64,000 bases of DNA from Thermoproteota archaeon (GTDB lineage Archaea; Korarchaeota; Korarchaeia; Korarchaeales; Korarchaeaceae). Below the pieces are notes generated by a model. It did not search any database. It was given only the letters and a program-made list of their open reading frames with translations, and was not told where the DNA came from. How positions within the stretch are numbered: position 1 is the stretch's first letter; every line of letters begins with the position of its first letter. A program made the position numbers and the translations under genes. The DNA lies in contig JALSOH010000006.1 of NCBI GenBank assembly GCA_026986575.1, positions 352,001 through 416,000 of the forward strand, written 5' to 3'. Below are positions 10,801-20,196 of this stretch, piece by piece.

Positions 10801-11743
10801 GGTAGCCAAGGCCGACTCCTCATCTGATAGCGTACTGATATCGGTTAAGCCCAAGTCCAAACCCGCCCCACCGAAACCGCCGGCCCCGCCACCCGAGGTG
10901 GTCGACCTCAGGGCATCTGCTAGCAACTCTGGAGGTAACAGCCGCATAAGGGTGACTATATCAAGCCCGACCGGGGCGAGATCCGTCAAGATACTGGTGA
11001 ACTTGGACCCGTCGCTCAGATACGTTCAGGGAAGCTCTAGAATAGGGGGAATAGCCTCACCCCCCAAGGTGAGCGGGAACGTGCTGGAATGGCATGTCTC
11101 TATTTCAAAGGGAGGCACGGCCACCATAACGTTCGAAGTAGCGCCAGCTGATGAGGAGTCTACTGGTGGTAGCGTGCTGGTCTCCCTGCCCAAGTACGGG
11201 AAGAGCGTCAAGGTGGAGGTGGAGTTCAGTCCCGCCCAGAGAGGGGTTGCTCCACCACCAACCTTCAGCATAGAACTGCCGTCCCTTCCGTCAATCCCGT
11301 GGTGGGTGATACTAATTCCCTTGGCACTGATCCCCTTCCTGCTGGCGGTGAGAAGGAGGGAAAGGGTCAAGAGGATAGTGATGGATTACGAGGCGCTGAA
11401 GTGGGCGGTGAGGAGAGGGGTCCTAGAGGACCTAGTCCAAGACCACGAGATACTGATACCCATGGAGACCTTCAACAAGCTGAGCAGGGACCGGGCTCTC
11501 ATGTCCTCCATAGAGAAGCTCATAGTTGACAGGGCTATAAAGGTCGAGAAAGCCCCGAAGAGGAAGATCGTCGTGAAGGGGGCTGACGAGGAGCTTTCAG
11601 CCGCTCTGGGTCTGGCGGACAGGGAGGGCATACCGATATACACCGGCAGGGAGGAACTGCTCAAGGAGCTCAAAAGGAGGGGCTTCGATGCGAGGTTGAT
11701 AAGGGAGGCCCCCCCGCCGGTGCTGAAGAGGGAGCTCCCCTAA
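7850..11743 (+). CDS. Large surface protein: signal peptide, parallel beta-helix repeats, DUF11-like Ig domains, TM helix, cytoplasmic PIN-like tail
   Basis: Repeated GIYL..S..N..beta-helix pattern; three to four K...V....VTY.I...N.G...DxLPxG..YV units; Pro-rich and Gly/Ser linkers; WWVILIPLALIPFLLAV-RRR anchor. Confidence 0.85.
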   Translation: MRGLMKVKFGLLLILLLLLPAYGVKATTPRTLVVHTGTACISGDLYFDLPSEALSSASPSDTILVCPGTYRDNVKIVVSDISFRGVGDPSQVRIEALNTTQNVIELWNVRNVTVENFTVVGAIGSQMAGIHVQLSSESLIRNIVATGNYFGINVVSSSNITLSGIDASNNTNVGINVKGTVISAIRESSAEGNRVGLLLLFTSDTLVEKVNTTGNSEGGVLLEYSANNTFSNLFSGRNGWYGIYLEDSDDNSFSDIVTVNNTASGSDGYGIYIYLRSEDNEFTKMSTEGNIYGVAVVSQSNRNSLTNSTMENNTIAGVYVEASEGNEIDAEISGSMYGVWIQDGNGNEIRGEISECRWGVLLSGLSGSSGNVINGTSIHDNSYTGVIVEGNSSRGNVITRISSYNNTLLGIDLGGDFVTLNDGSLSTGPNDLVDYPVFSWAAVYGSRLIVRGYINVEGSNSANSNFDNATVEIYQSDGDPSGYGEGLRYLGTLMAENGEFMGWIDLPPELTSKPINLTALTTLLPHGTSEFGPVYEAPAVATNLTISKSINPSTVTPNSTAEVLLLIRNYGNGTAYNVTVTDVLPEGMEYINGTARVDGDIVEPEIEGRNLSWLLDVPAYSEVVIRFNVSINAPAGTTLENLVVFDGDYGDGNDTDEVDVINPAILEVTKEAQPDLVDVNETVNYTVILANSGGMSALLMVEDLLPSGMNYVNGSFSSNQTVDGPVIEGGHMRYNITLNPGQAARVTYSLMATTYGTKENKVYVNNSFMASASVLVRDPPPPPPPDSGGNTGGSNRRRTPPPCGWIPPNNDIEDQAPQNNGEETHNYRLTSPPIVLVSLGSQGIFSSHGGQGSSGTGSGSSGSISTSQNGSENGISGVAGVTSPPLVVVELMATPTSAETGTPITFVVRVSNIGDGPSKDLSLTVDLTSGLDYVKGTSMVGGLRREPDNENNRLEWEIGDLDPGKAVEVSFRAELLATSGSFNVVAKADSSSDSVLISVKPKSKPAPPKPPAPPPEVVDLRASASNSGGNSRIRVTISSPTGARSVKILVNLDPSLRYVQGSSRIGGIASPPKVSGNVLEWHVSISKGGTATITFEVAPADEESTGGSVLVSLPKYGKSVKVEVEFSPAQRGVAPPPTFSIELPSLPSIPWWVILIPLALIPFLLAVRRRERVKRIVMDYEALKWAVRRGVLEDLVQDHEILIPMETFNKLSRDRALMSSIEKLIVDRAIKVEKAPKRKIVVKGADEELSAALGLADREGIPIYTGREELLKELKRRGFDARLIREAPPPVLKRELP

Positions 11744-11753
11744 CCTTATCCAC

Positions 11754-13388
11754 TCATCCCCTCTTTATTTCGTCTTTCAGCCCCATCTTACCCTCCCTGA
11801 ATATCCTCGGATCCATCTCTCTGAGATCGTCTGCTATTACCGGCTTGAACTCCATCTTGGATAGCAAATCCCTATCTAGGTCAACGCCCGGCGCTATCTC
11901 CTCGAGCACCAGCCCTCCATCGGTCAGCCTGAACACCGCTCTCTCCGTTATGTAGAGCACCTCCTTACCCTCCTCCAGAGCGACCTTCCCGTTGAAGACT
12001 ATCTTGTAAACGTTCTTGACGAATTTGATCACATTCCCGTCCATCTCTATGCGAAGCTTTCCATCTCCAACCTTCAGCTTCTTCTTACCGGCCGTGAATC
12101 CTCCACCGAAGAAAACCCTCGGGGATCCGGCGGCTATAACCGGAAAACCACCCGGACCAGGCATCCTGTTTGGGAGCATGGACGGGTTGACGTTTCCCTC
12201 CTTGTCTATCTGCATGAATCCCAGAGAGGCAGCATCTATTATCCCGCCCTCGTAGTTGGTGAACATGTCAGGCATCGGTATAATGGCGAAGGGACCTATG
12301 GATACGCCGAAGTCCTCCCCCATCAGGGCCAGCCCGCCCCACGGTCCGGACTCTATGGTAGTCACGATGTAATCTGAGATCCCCTCCTCGGCAGCGACGT
12401 TGGTGACCATGGCCGGGATTCCTATACCTAGGTTCACGAGGATCGGGCCACCCTTCTTGTTCACGAGCTTCACCATCTCCAAGGCTATCCTCCTCGCGAC
12501 GACCTTCCTCTCGTTCAGCTCCATCTTTGGAAGCAGATTGGGAGTTATCGGTGGAATGATAGTACCGCTTATTCGGGGGTCGTACATGATGGTCCCGCTC
12601 TGCCAGTGGTACTGGGGAGGAGCCACGACCAAGAAGTCCACCAAGGGCCCGGGCACGTGAACATCCTTCGGGTTCAGGGAGCCAAATCTCGCCTCCCTCT
12701 CCACCTGAGCGATCACTATCCCTGGGTTCGGCTGGGCCTTCGCAGCTTGAGCGATGGCCAGCACGGTCCCAAATATGCCCTCCTTCTCCATGGTTATGTT
12801 TCCCATCTCATCAGCAGTGGTTCCCCTGATCATGGAAACGTTAGGCTTTGGAGCTTCGTAGAACAGGTACTCCTCACCATCTATCTCTATGAGGGAAACC
12901 CGGCAGGTCCTTCTCTCCCGAGCCAGATCGTTCATCGCACCACCATCCTGCCTGGGGTCGAGGAAGGTCCCCCTGCCTATGGATGTCAAGAGGCCCGGTC
13001 TCCCCGAGGCCACCTCCCTGAACCAGTAGGCAGCCATCCCTATGGACCAAGAATAGAGCTCTATCCTGTTCTCCATGGCCAATTTCTGAACGTACGGTGC
13101 CCATCCGGTGAACGGTAGGAGCATCCCCCTGATGAACTCCTGGCCCTCCTCCTCGTACACCCTCCTGGCCACGAAGTCGAGGGCCCTGTTGGGGGTAGCC
13201 GGGAGCGTGTCCGATATTATGAAGAGATCCTTGGGATGGCCCGTGTCCCTATATCTCTCCCACAGCTTCATTATCAGGTATTCCGGAGTTGTGGCCATGT
13301 TGAAACCGGATATGGCCACCACTGATCCATCCGGGACATGGGAGAGGGCCTCCTCAACGCTGACGAACTTGTTATAGGGTAGCGACAT
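11754..13388 (-). CDS. Acyl-CoA:acetate/propionate CoA-transferase (fused alpha/beta, family I)
   Basis: IRGTTADEMGN, VNLGIGIP, catalytic Glu in IESG, YITERAVF, EIAPGVD. Confidence 0.9.
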   Translation of the reverse strand: MSLPYNKFVSVEEALSHVPDGSVVAISGFNMATTPEYLIMKLWERYRDTGHPKDLFIISDTLPATPNRALDFVARRVYEEEGQEFIRGMLLPFTGWAPYVQKLAMENRIELYSWSIGMAAYWFREVASGRPGLLTSIGRGTFLDPRQDGGAMNDLARERRTCRVSLIEIDGEEYLFYEAPKPNVSMIRGTTADEMGNITMEKEGIFGTVLAIAQAAKAQPNPGIVIAQVEREARFGSLNPKDVHVPGPLVDFLVVAPPQYHWQSGTIMYDPRISGTIIPPITPNLLPKMELNERKVVARRIALEMVKLVNKKGGPILVNLGIGIPAMVTNVAAEEGISDYIVTTIESGPWGGLALMGEDFGVSIGPFAIIPMPDMFTNYEGGIIDAASLGFMQIDKEGNVNPSMLPNRMPGPGGFPVIAAGSPRVFFGGGFTAGKKKLKVGDGKLRIEMDGNVIKFVKNVYKIVFNGKVALEEGKEVLYITERAVFRLTDGGLVLEEIAPGVDLDRDLLSKMEFKPVIADDLREMDPRIFREGKMGLKDEIKRG

Positions 13389-13483
13389 CTAAACACCATT
13401 GTAATATTGTATGTTCAAAGATTAAATTGCTACCGGAAGGGGAACTGGGATAAGTGAGACGACCTTAAAATCAGGGGTCTTCC

Positions 13484-14449
13484 ATGCTCCTCCTGCGACC
13501 TAGCGATGTGAGGGAAGCTATAGAGAGCGATATCAGGGGTTTTCTGGATGCTCTCAAGAGTGCTCTAATCGAGAAATCCTCGGGCAAGGGATGGTATCCC
13601 TCTAGGCCGTCCACCAATCTTCCTAGGGGATGGATAGGCTTCATGCCAGCGTACTCTGAGGAGCTGGGTGCGGTGGCGGTGAAGATAGTCGGCGTCTTCC
13701 CCGAGAATCCGAGCAAGGGGTTACCCACAGTGCCAGCCTCCGTTCTGCTGATGGATGCGGAGACGGGAATCCCCCTCTCCCTTATGGATGGAACAGTGAT
13801 CACGGAGTACAGGACCGGAGGTGCCAGCGCCCTCTCCGCCGAGGTAATGGCGAGGGTGGATTCAGAGTCGCTCCTGATCATCGGAGCTGGGACGCAGGGC
13901 AGGTCCCACTCACGCCTCATACCGGAGGTGAGGCCTATCAAAAGGGTGTTCGTGAGGGATATCGACAGGGCGAGAGCCGAGTCCCTCGCAAACTGGTTGA
14001 GAAAGAGAGGGCTCGACGCGGAGGTTGTCACCGAGAATAGAAATGCGGATATAATAGTGACGGTTACCACATCGAAGAAACCGGTATTGTTCGGTAGGGA
14101 CTTGGCTAGGGGCACCCATGTATGCGCAGTCGGTGCGTACACGTCTGACGCTAGGGAGCTTGACGATACGGCGATAACTTCCTTCGATAGGATCGTCGTC
14201 GATACGGCTGACGCACTCCAGGCCGGCGACCTCAAGATCCCCTTGGAAGAGGGGCTTATCTCGAGGGACAGGGTGGTCGGAGAACTAGGTGAGGTGCTGG
14301 CCGGCTTGAAGATCGGGAGGATCTCACTCGAGGAGATAACCCTGTACAAATCTGTTGGGACCTCGGCACTGGATGTAGCGGCCGCGTTCTTCGTGTACAA
14401 GAGGGCTGAGGAGTTGGGGCTGGGCAGGGAAGTGGACCTCTCCCCTTAA
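13484..14449 (+). CDS. Ornithine cyclodeaminase / alanine dehydrogenase (mu-crystallin family)
   Basis: MPAY, VKIVGVFPENP, ITEYRTG, IIGAGTQG, YKSVG. Confidence 0.9.
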   Translation: MLLLRPSDVREAIESDIRGFLDALKSALIEKSSGKGWYPSRPSTNLPRGWIGFMPAYSEELGAVAVKIVGVFPENPSKGLPTVPASVLLMDAETGIPLSLMDGTVITEYRTGGASALSAEVMARVDSESLLIIGAGTQGRSHSRLIPEVRPIKRVFVRDIDRARAESLANWLRKRGLDAEVVTENRNADIIVTVTTSKKPVLFGRDLARGTHVCAVGAYTSDARELDDTAITSFDRIVVDTADALQAGDLKIPLEEGLISRDRVVGELGEVLAGLKIGRISLEEITLYKSVGTSALDVAAAFFVYKRAEELGLGREVDLSP

Positions 14450-14482
14450 CCATTTATTAGCATCAAACCCCTAATAAGATGG

Positions 14483-15283
14483 GTGGCCAGACTGAGCTGG
14501 GTACAGAGGGTCTTCGTGGAGAGAGCTGATCTCTACATCGAGGTTATGAATGGGACTTGGTCTGAAGGAGAGCAGATAGCTAAGTCTATAGTTAGGATCC
14601 TCAGGGGGAACGGTCTGGACTCCGGAAAGGTCTTGGACGCTTTCTGCGGTAACGGAAGGGTGGCCATCCCCCTAGCCATGGAGGGATACGAGGTCGTAGG
14701 AGTTGATATCTCCCTTCCCTTCATAGAGGACGCTAAGCAGAAGGCGGAGAAATACAGGGTCTCCGAGAGGACTAGGTTCGTCGTTTCCGATGCTAGAATG
14801 ATCGATGAGGTGCTGAAGGGCGAGGAGTTCGATGCCGTCATAATAGTTTCCACTTCGCTGGGCTACTATGATGGCACCACCGACGAGGAGATACTGAGGA
14901 AGCTCCGATCTCTGGCGAAGGATGGAGCCGTCCTGATAATAGCGAACACCCTTCACAGGGAGACCCCTGATTGGAGGTACTGTAACAGGACGTTCCAGAG
15001 GTATGGATCCCTCGTCCTCATGGAGGAGAGGAAGTTCGACCCACTGTGGTCGAGATTGACATCCAAGTGGATAATCCTGAGGGACGACGGGGAGGGCAAC
15101 CTGAACAAGGAGCTAGAAGTGAATACGGAGATGAGGGTCTACACACCCACGGAGCTGGCTGAGATACTTAAGAGGGCTGGTTGGGGAGTCGACTCGATAT
15201 ACGGGGATATAAGGAGGATGGAGAAGTTCATTCCCCCATGTACTCACCTAAGCCTGGTCGCTAAGGCCATTCAGACAGGTTAG
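14483..15283 (+). CDS. Class I SAM-dependent methyltransferase
   Basis: VLDAFCGNGR, VGVDIS, FDAVII. Confidence 0.88.
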   Translation: MARLSWVQRVFVERADLYIEVMNGTWSEGEQIAKSIVRILRGNGLDSGKVLDAFCGNGRVAIPLAMEGYEVVGVDISLPFIEDAKQKAEKYRVSERTRFVVSDARMIDEVLKGEEFDAVIIVSTSLGYYDGTTDEEILRKLRSLAKDGAVLIIANTLHRETPDWRYCNRTFQRYGSLVLMEERKFDPLWSRLTSKWIILRDDGEGNLNKELEVNTEMRVYTPTELAEILKRAGWGVDSIYGDIRRMEKFIPPCTHLSLVAKAIQTG

Positions 15284-17446
15284 AAGGTTCCTAATCAGCT
15301 CCCTGAACAGCTCGTAGGGATCCACCTTCAAGCCGAACCTCGATTTGACCATCTCCCATCCTTTCCCCTGAAGTACCTTGGCGATGAGTACTGAATCCTC
15401 CAACGGGGTCAGGCATTCTTTTCCGAGCCAGAAGTAGTATTTTGCCACCTCGTATACTGCATCAGACGCCAACTCGTAGATGTAAGTCCCCTTCACGAAG
15501 CCTATAAGCCTGCTCCTCTGGGACTGGCTGAGCTTCAACTTCCCGGATCTTATGGGGGTTTTGAGGAGGTGCCTCGCGACTAGCGGATTGAGGGGGAAGT
15601 AAACATCATGGAGGCTGTTGAGCAGGCGCCTCTTAAACTCCTTAACCACCTCTCCAAGCAAGTTCTTCGCCTTCCCGCTCAGGGGCTTCACCACCAGTAC
15701 GCTGTACTCCCCTGTGACTGGGTTCCTTCTCGGGCTTATGTGGACGGGCATGTATCCGTTCCTCACCCAGAACCTCAGCAGATCATTAGTAGCTCCGAAG
15801 CCAGCCCCCACCCAGTCAATTCCTTTGACTTCGGCCTCAGATTCCACTTCCTCTAAGGCCCGGGTCCCGAATCCCATCCCTTGGAGGTCCGGATGGGTGG
15901 CTATCCTGACGATCCTCCAGCCCCTCAACTTGCCGAAGGACTTGAAGTCGTAGTGAAGCACCACCCTAGATGGGATCATGTGGCCCGGTATGTCCCTCTG
16001 ACCCCTCATCATCTCCTCCAAGACGCTATTGGGCAGACCACCCTCCTCCGCTATGTGCAAGCTGACGACGGGTTCCCCTTCAAGCTTGAGGACCCGGGCG
16101 AAGTGATGAGGAGCGTCCAAGAGTGTCGCGAGATCGTTGGGCCTGTTCCTGTAGTGGGCCAACACGTAGATCCCGTAGAACTTCCGGAGGAAATCCTCTT
16201 TCACCTTAGACAGGTCCAATCCCTCGTAAATGGCGTTCTCAGGGGAACCACTCGGAGGGTCGCCCGGCTCAGCGTTAAGGAGGAGGAAGTCATACAGCCA
16301 CGTTTCGACCGGATCGCCAGGTGGGTACCTTATGGGCTCCTCCATCCTCTCCTCCATGTACGGCAGATTAGAGCCTCTCACCCTCTTAAGGAACCTCAGG
16401 GTAAAGCCCCTCCCTGCCCCCTCGTAACCATGCACCGTGCTCGAGAAGATTGCGAACCTGCTGGTGTGGAGGATCCTGAAGAGGGTGGAGATAGGAATGG
16501 CAGCGGCCTCGTCCACCACCTTCAGTTTGACCGAGACCTCAGCAGCGCTGTCAGGGGTTAGGAAGAAGACGTTCCGTCCCCTGAACTTTACATCTATGAT
16601 ATGCCCGTTCCTGATCAAGGGCTCGTACTTGACCCCCAAGCTGTCCAAACCCCTCATTAAGAACTCGAAGAGCGTCTGAATTCCCTCTAGATTCGGGGAA
16701 GTCACCACCGCCCTCTTGACTTTCGTTTTAGTGAGTATGTGAGCAAGAGCGAGCCCTATAACTGCGGACTTACCTCTCCCCCTGTTGGCTGTCAGTATAA
16801 ACGCCCTCTTCTTCTCATTAACGGCCTGTATCAAGGTAGAAAGGACTCTCTGCTGGTCTAGGGTAGCACAAAGATCCATTATGGGGTCGCCCGTCTTCTC
16901 CGGAGGTTTCCTGTCCCGAGAGACCTTGCCGACGAGCTGCCCCCGCACCTCCTCACCTAACAGGAAGGTACCAGGTCTTCCCAGAAAGGAGAGGAACCTC
17001 GCCTTGAAGAACTGCCTCACACCTCTCTCCTCGAAAGGAGGAACTATGAACCTCTTCTGGAACTCCGTTAGAGTGGAGAGCCATTCCTCAGCCGAAGGGA
17101 TGGAGAACAGCACGAGCCCTCCTCCCCTGACAACCTCCACCAGTCTTCCCAAGTCGTTGGCCCGAAACTGCTTGGAGAAATCGGCTATCAGAACATCCCA
17201 AGTCCCTCCCAAGATGTCGCCCGTCTGATCGAAATCTATGGAGGTGAGGCTCCCCTCATCCAGATCAACCCTCTCGGTACCGATGCCTCTGTGGGTGGCC
17301 AGGAGGACCCTCCCCCCACCATGCTTGGAGAGCCACTCTTTAGCTATCTCTGAGGCCCTCTCCAAGGAATCCTCCCCAGAGATCGTTATCAGTCTCCTCT
17401 CACTACTAGTGATTGCTTCCTCAACTATACTCGCGGGATCGATCAC
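15248..17446 (-). CDS. tmcA: tRNA(Met) cytidine acetyltransferase TmcA
   Basis: TANRGRGKSA Walker A, DEAAAIP, STVHGYEGAGRGF, AHYRNRPNDL, GNAT RIATHP..QGMGFG. Confidence 0.95.
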   Translation of the reverse strand: MIDPASIVEEAITSSERRLITISGEDSLERASEIAKEWLSKHGGGRVLLATHRGIGTERVDLDEGSLTSIDFDQTGDILGGTWDVLIADFSKQFRANDLGRLVEVVRGGGLVLFSIPSAEEWLSTLTEFQKRFIVPPFEERGVRQFFKARFLSFLGRPGTFLLGEEVRGQLVGKVSRDRKPPEKTGDPIMDLCATLDQQRVLSTLIQAVNEKKRAFILTANRGRGKSAVIGLALAHILTKTKVKRAVVTSPNLEGIQTLFEFLMRGLDSLGVKYEPLIRNGHIIDVKFRGRNVFFLTPDSAAEVSVKLKVVDEAAAIPISTLFRILHTSRFAIFSSTVHGYEGAGRGFTLRFLKRVRGSNLPYMEERMEEPIRYPPGDPVETWLYDFLLLNAEPGDPPSGSPENAIYEGLDLSKVKEDFLRKFYGIYVLAHYRNRPNDLATLLDAPHHFARVLKLEGEPVVSLHIAEEGGLPNSVLEEMMRGQRDIPGHMIPSRVVLHYDFKSFGKLRGWRIVRIATHPDLQGMGFGTRALEEVESEAEVKGIDWVGAGFGATNDLLRFWVRNGYMPVHISPRRNPVTGEYSVLVVKPLSGKAKNLLGEVVKEFKRRLLNSLHDVYFPLNPLVARHLLKTPIRSGKLKLSQSQRSRLIGFVKGTYIYELASDAVYEVAKYYFWLGKECLTPLEDSVLIAKVLQGKGWEMVKSRFGLKVDPYELFRELIRNLLTCLNGLSDQA

Positions 17447-17450
17447 ATGC

Positions 17451-18302
17451 CTACCTCCCGTACAGCTCCCTTCTCATAGCCTCCAGCAATTCGTTCCTCC
17501 TGCCCGAGGCCTCCGCTGCCGTCTTAAACATGTTGGATATCGACGGCACTCTTTCCCTGAACCCAAGTTCCCTGCAGAAGTGGTGATCGAGCACCAGTAG
17601 CTCCAAGGAAGGGAGGTCTAGTATCCTCCTCAAGTTCTCCTCCGAAGCTCTGAGGCTCTCCTTAGAGTATCTGAAACCGAGCATGTAGGTCATCGGCCCA
17701 TCGATCACGGCGACATGGGGATCTACCTCCTCTATGAACCTCACCTGCTCATCCAAGGAGGGGCCCTCCACATCTGAGGAGAAGAGGAACCTCTCACCCT
17801 CGCTCTCCACTAGGACCTCTATAACGTATCCCAACTTGGTGTTAGTCCCGTGGGGAACCGCCTCGGAGAACCGTACGGATGTGGATCCGAACCTGAACTT
17901 CCTCCCGTCAGCGAACTCTATCTTTTTGGGGAGCCCCTCTATGCTCTTGAGGAAGAGGGGAGCTCTCTCCACCCGCTGGCTCCTGTTGATGTTTTCTCTG
18001 GGATGTTTGATCAGCACAACCTTCCCCTCATACACCTTCAGGGAAACCTTGCGACCCAGATCGAAGTGGTCGTAGTGGTAGTGAGTAATGATGATGACAT
18101 CAGAATCCAGCGCCTCTTCCTCGATGACCTTAGCTAACTCATACATCCTTTCCACTTCCTTGTCGTGAGGAGGTAGGCCGAACCTCCTAGGGGCGAGGGC
18201 CACGCTGGGGTCTACGAAGATCTTCACATCCTTGGTATCCACGACCGTGGCCATGCTCCTGACTCCCATACTGTCGAATGCAATCAATCTGAAGCTCAGC
18301 AA
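17451..18302 (-). CDS. UPF0282-family metallo-beta-lactamase-fold hydrolase
   Basis: DSMGVRSMAT, ALAPRRFGLPP, THYHYDH, SDVEGP, LDHH. Confidence 0.88.
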   Translation of the reverse strand: MLSFRLIAFDSMGVRSMATVVDTKDVKIFVDPSVALAPRRFGLPPHDKEVERMYELAKVIEEEALDSDVIIITHYHYDHFDLGRKVSLKVYEGKVVLIKHPRENINRSQRVERAPLFLKSIEGLPKKIEFADGRKFRFGSTSVRFSEAVPHGTNTKLGYVIEVLVESEGERFLFSSDVEGPSLDEQVRFIEEVDPHVAVIDGPMTYMLGFRYSKESLRASEENLRRILDLPSLELLVLDHHFCRELGFRERVPSISNMFKTAAEASGRRNELLEAMRRELYGR

Positions 18303-19210
18303 TCGCGTCCCCTCCCAATGAGCTCCCTGACTGTCATCCCCTTCCTGCTGAGGTATGACAAAAGGCCCTCACTTATCTCACTGAAGACCTCCAGCCCTTT
18401 AGTCATCACGGCGGTACCCACTCCCACGGCCTTCGCACCCGCCAGCAACATTTCGGCAGCATCCCTCCAGGTTTCAACCCCTCCAGTACCTATCACATCT
18501 CCTAAATGAGATATCTCGTACACGGCTCGGACCGCGATGGGCCTTATCGCTGGCCCGCTCAGGCCTCCCACCCTGTTGGAGAGCACCGGAGACATGGCCT
18601 CCACATCTATGTACATGGCCCTCACGGTATTGATGGCTGTGAGCCCATCGGCCCCGGCATCGATGGCCGCCTTAGCGAGGGAAGCTATGTCCGGAACCAT
18701 GGGGGTGAGCTTCACTAGAAGGGGAATCTTCACACTCCTCCTGACTTCCCTCACTAGCTCTTCAATGAGCTCTGGAGAGGAACCAATTTCCAATCCATGC
18801 TCTCTAACGTGAGGGCAAGAGGCGTTTATCTCTATCGCATCAGCCCCGGCATCTTGGAGCCTCCCAGCGACGTGAGCTACCTCCTCGGGACTCCCTCCGC
18901 CAGCGCTCGCGATGACGGGAATGGTCATGTGGGACTTGGCCTCCCTCAGCTCTCTCTCGAACTCGTCGACTCCAGGATTTGGAAGTCCCATCGCGTTAAT
19001 CAACCCGAAAGGGAGCTCGACGACCACAGGATTATTGTAACCCTTCGTAGGCTCTGGCAGGATGGTCTTGGTCGTCACGGCACCAGCACCTGCCTCTTCT
19101 GCCCTCCTGAGCAGCGAAGCTGCATTTCCCAACACGCCAGATGCGAGGACTAGAGGATTCCTCAGCTTGAGGCCGACCACCTCAGTCTCCAGCAGCCCGC
19201 TTACCTCCAC
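18296..19210 (-). CDS. pyrD: Dihydroorotate dehydrogenase, family 1 catalytic subunit
   Basis: NPLVLASG, INAMGLPNPG, EINASCPH, VKLTP, AINT, GGLSG. Confidence 0.93.
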   Translation of the reverse strand: MEVSGLLETEVVGLKLRNPLVLASGVLGNAASLLRRAEEAGAGAVTTKTILPEPTKGYNNPVVVELPFGLINAMGLPNPGVDEFERELREAKSHMTIPVIASAGGGSPEEVAHVAGRLQDAGADAIEINASCPHVREHGLEIGSSPELIEELVREVRRSVKIPLLVKLTPMVPDIASLAKAAIDAGADGLTAINTVRAMYIDVEAMSPVLSNRVGGLSGPAIRPIAVRAVYEISHLGDVIGTGGVETWRDAAEMLLAGAKAVGVGTAVMTKGLEVFSEISEGLLSYLSRKGMTVRELIGRGRDC

Positions 19211-19685
19211 CTTTATCCGACCTCTCCAGCCTGAAGAGGAGGGAGAACTTTTTAGTAGTGCGGTAAGTCCTCTTTCTGCCTTCCTTGATTTCTCTTATTA
19301 GGCCCAGCTGGATGAGCCTTCTCAAGTGGTCCCTGGCATTTCTCCCCCTGACGCGCACCACCTCGCTCAGGCTCACCGGTTCGTTGGCAGCTATCAGTGC
19401 CAGAGTCCTCATTTCAGATTTGGAGAGCAGTTTCTGTGGGAAGAGATGAGCCACGTGCTCCTCGTATTCCCTCTTGAGGACCATGATCCAACCCCCCTCG
19501 ACCCTCTCCACCCAGAACGGGTGATCCTTCAGTTCCTCGTTGATCTCCGCGATAGCCTTCTCCACGGCCGGTCCGGATAGGCCTGTCAGCCTCTTTATCT
19601 CGCCCTCCGTCATCACGTCCCCTGACGCGAAGAGAGCCGCCTCCAGTAACCTCTTCGCCCTCTCCCACGATTCAGGCCCTTTCAT
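19182..19685 (-). CDS. scpB: Condensin subunit ScpB (KITE)
   Basis: LEAALFA, LSKSEMRTLALIA..EPV...EVVRVRG, YRTTKKF; directly after scpA and smc. Confidence 0.9.
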   Translation of the reverse strand: MKGPESWERAKRLLEAALFASGDVMTEGEIKRLTGLSGPAVEKAIAEINEELKDHPFWVERVEGGWIMVLKREYEEHVAHLFPQKLLSKSEMRTLALIAANEPVSLSEVVRVRGRNARDHLRRLIQLGLIREIKEGRKRTYRTTKKFSLLFRLERSDKGGGKRAAGD

Positions 19686-20196
19686 TTGACAGCACCACGT
19701 AGATCTCGTCGAAGGGCCTCTCCTGAACGAGCTCCACTTCCCCGTCCTTCTCCATGAAGAGCAACGATATGAGTGTCGGAACCAGCTCCTCTGAGGAGTT
19801 AACGAGCTCCCTTAGGGGGACCATCCTCTTACCCCTTCTCCTCAGGGAGATTATCTTCTCCTTCAACTTTTTGATTTCGCTAACCAAATCCCACTTCGTG
19901 ATCAGGGAGAGGCTAAGGGAACTGGCCATGCTTCTGATCTTTCTCTCGACCCACCTGAAGGCATCGAGTATTTCTCCCTTGATGGGATACCTCTTGGGAG
20001 TCCTCCAAGTCCTCGGCACGATCACCCCTCTCTCCAACCTTCTCGACCTGTAAATCCTCGCGGCGCTTTCCTCTGGTGGCCTGAGGTAATTCATCACATC
20101 TTCTCTGAGCTCTCTAGCAAGACGGAAGATCCTCCTGCCCGCTCTAGCTATGTCCCTTGTCTCTAGAAACTCCTTCCAGACTTCTTCTGGCCTCAT
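19672..20196 (-). CDS. scpA: Short kleisin ScpA
   Basis: C-terminal kleisin winged helix LISLLFM..DGEVELVQERPFDEIYV; lies between smc and scpB. Confidence 0.8.
   Translation of the reverse strand: MRPEEVWKEFLETRDIARAGRRIFRLARELREDVMNYLRPPEESAARIYRSRRLERGVIVPRTWRTPKRYPIKGEILDAFRWVERKIRSMASSLSLSLITKWDLVSEIKKLKEKIISLRRRGKRMVPLRELVNSSEELVPTLISLLFMEKDGEVELVQERPFDEIYVVLSNERA

Noticed and set aside
13471-14400. 309-aa minus-strand ORF
   Set aside because: Antisense shadow of the ornithine cyclodeaminase-family gene; Ser/Pro-rich with no motifs
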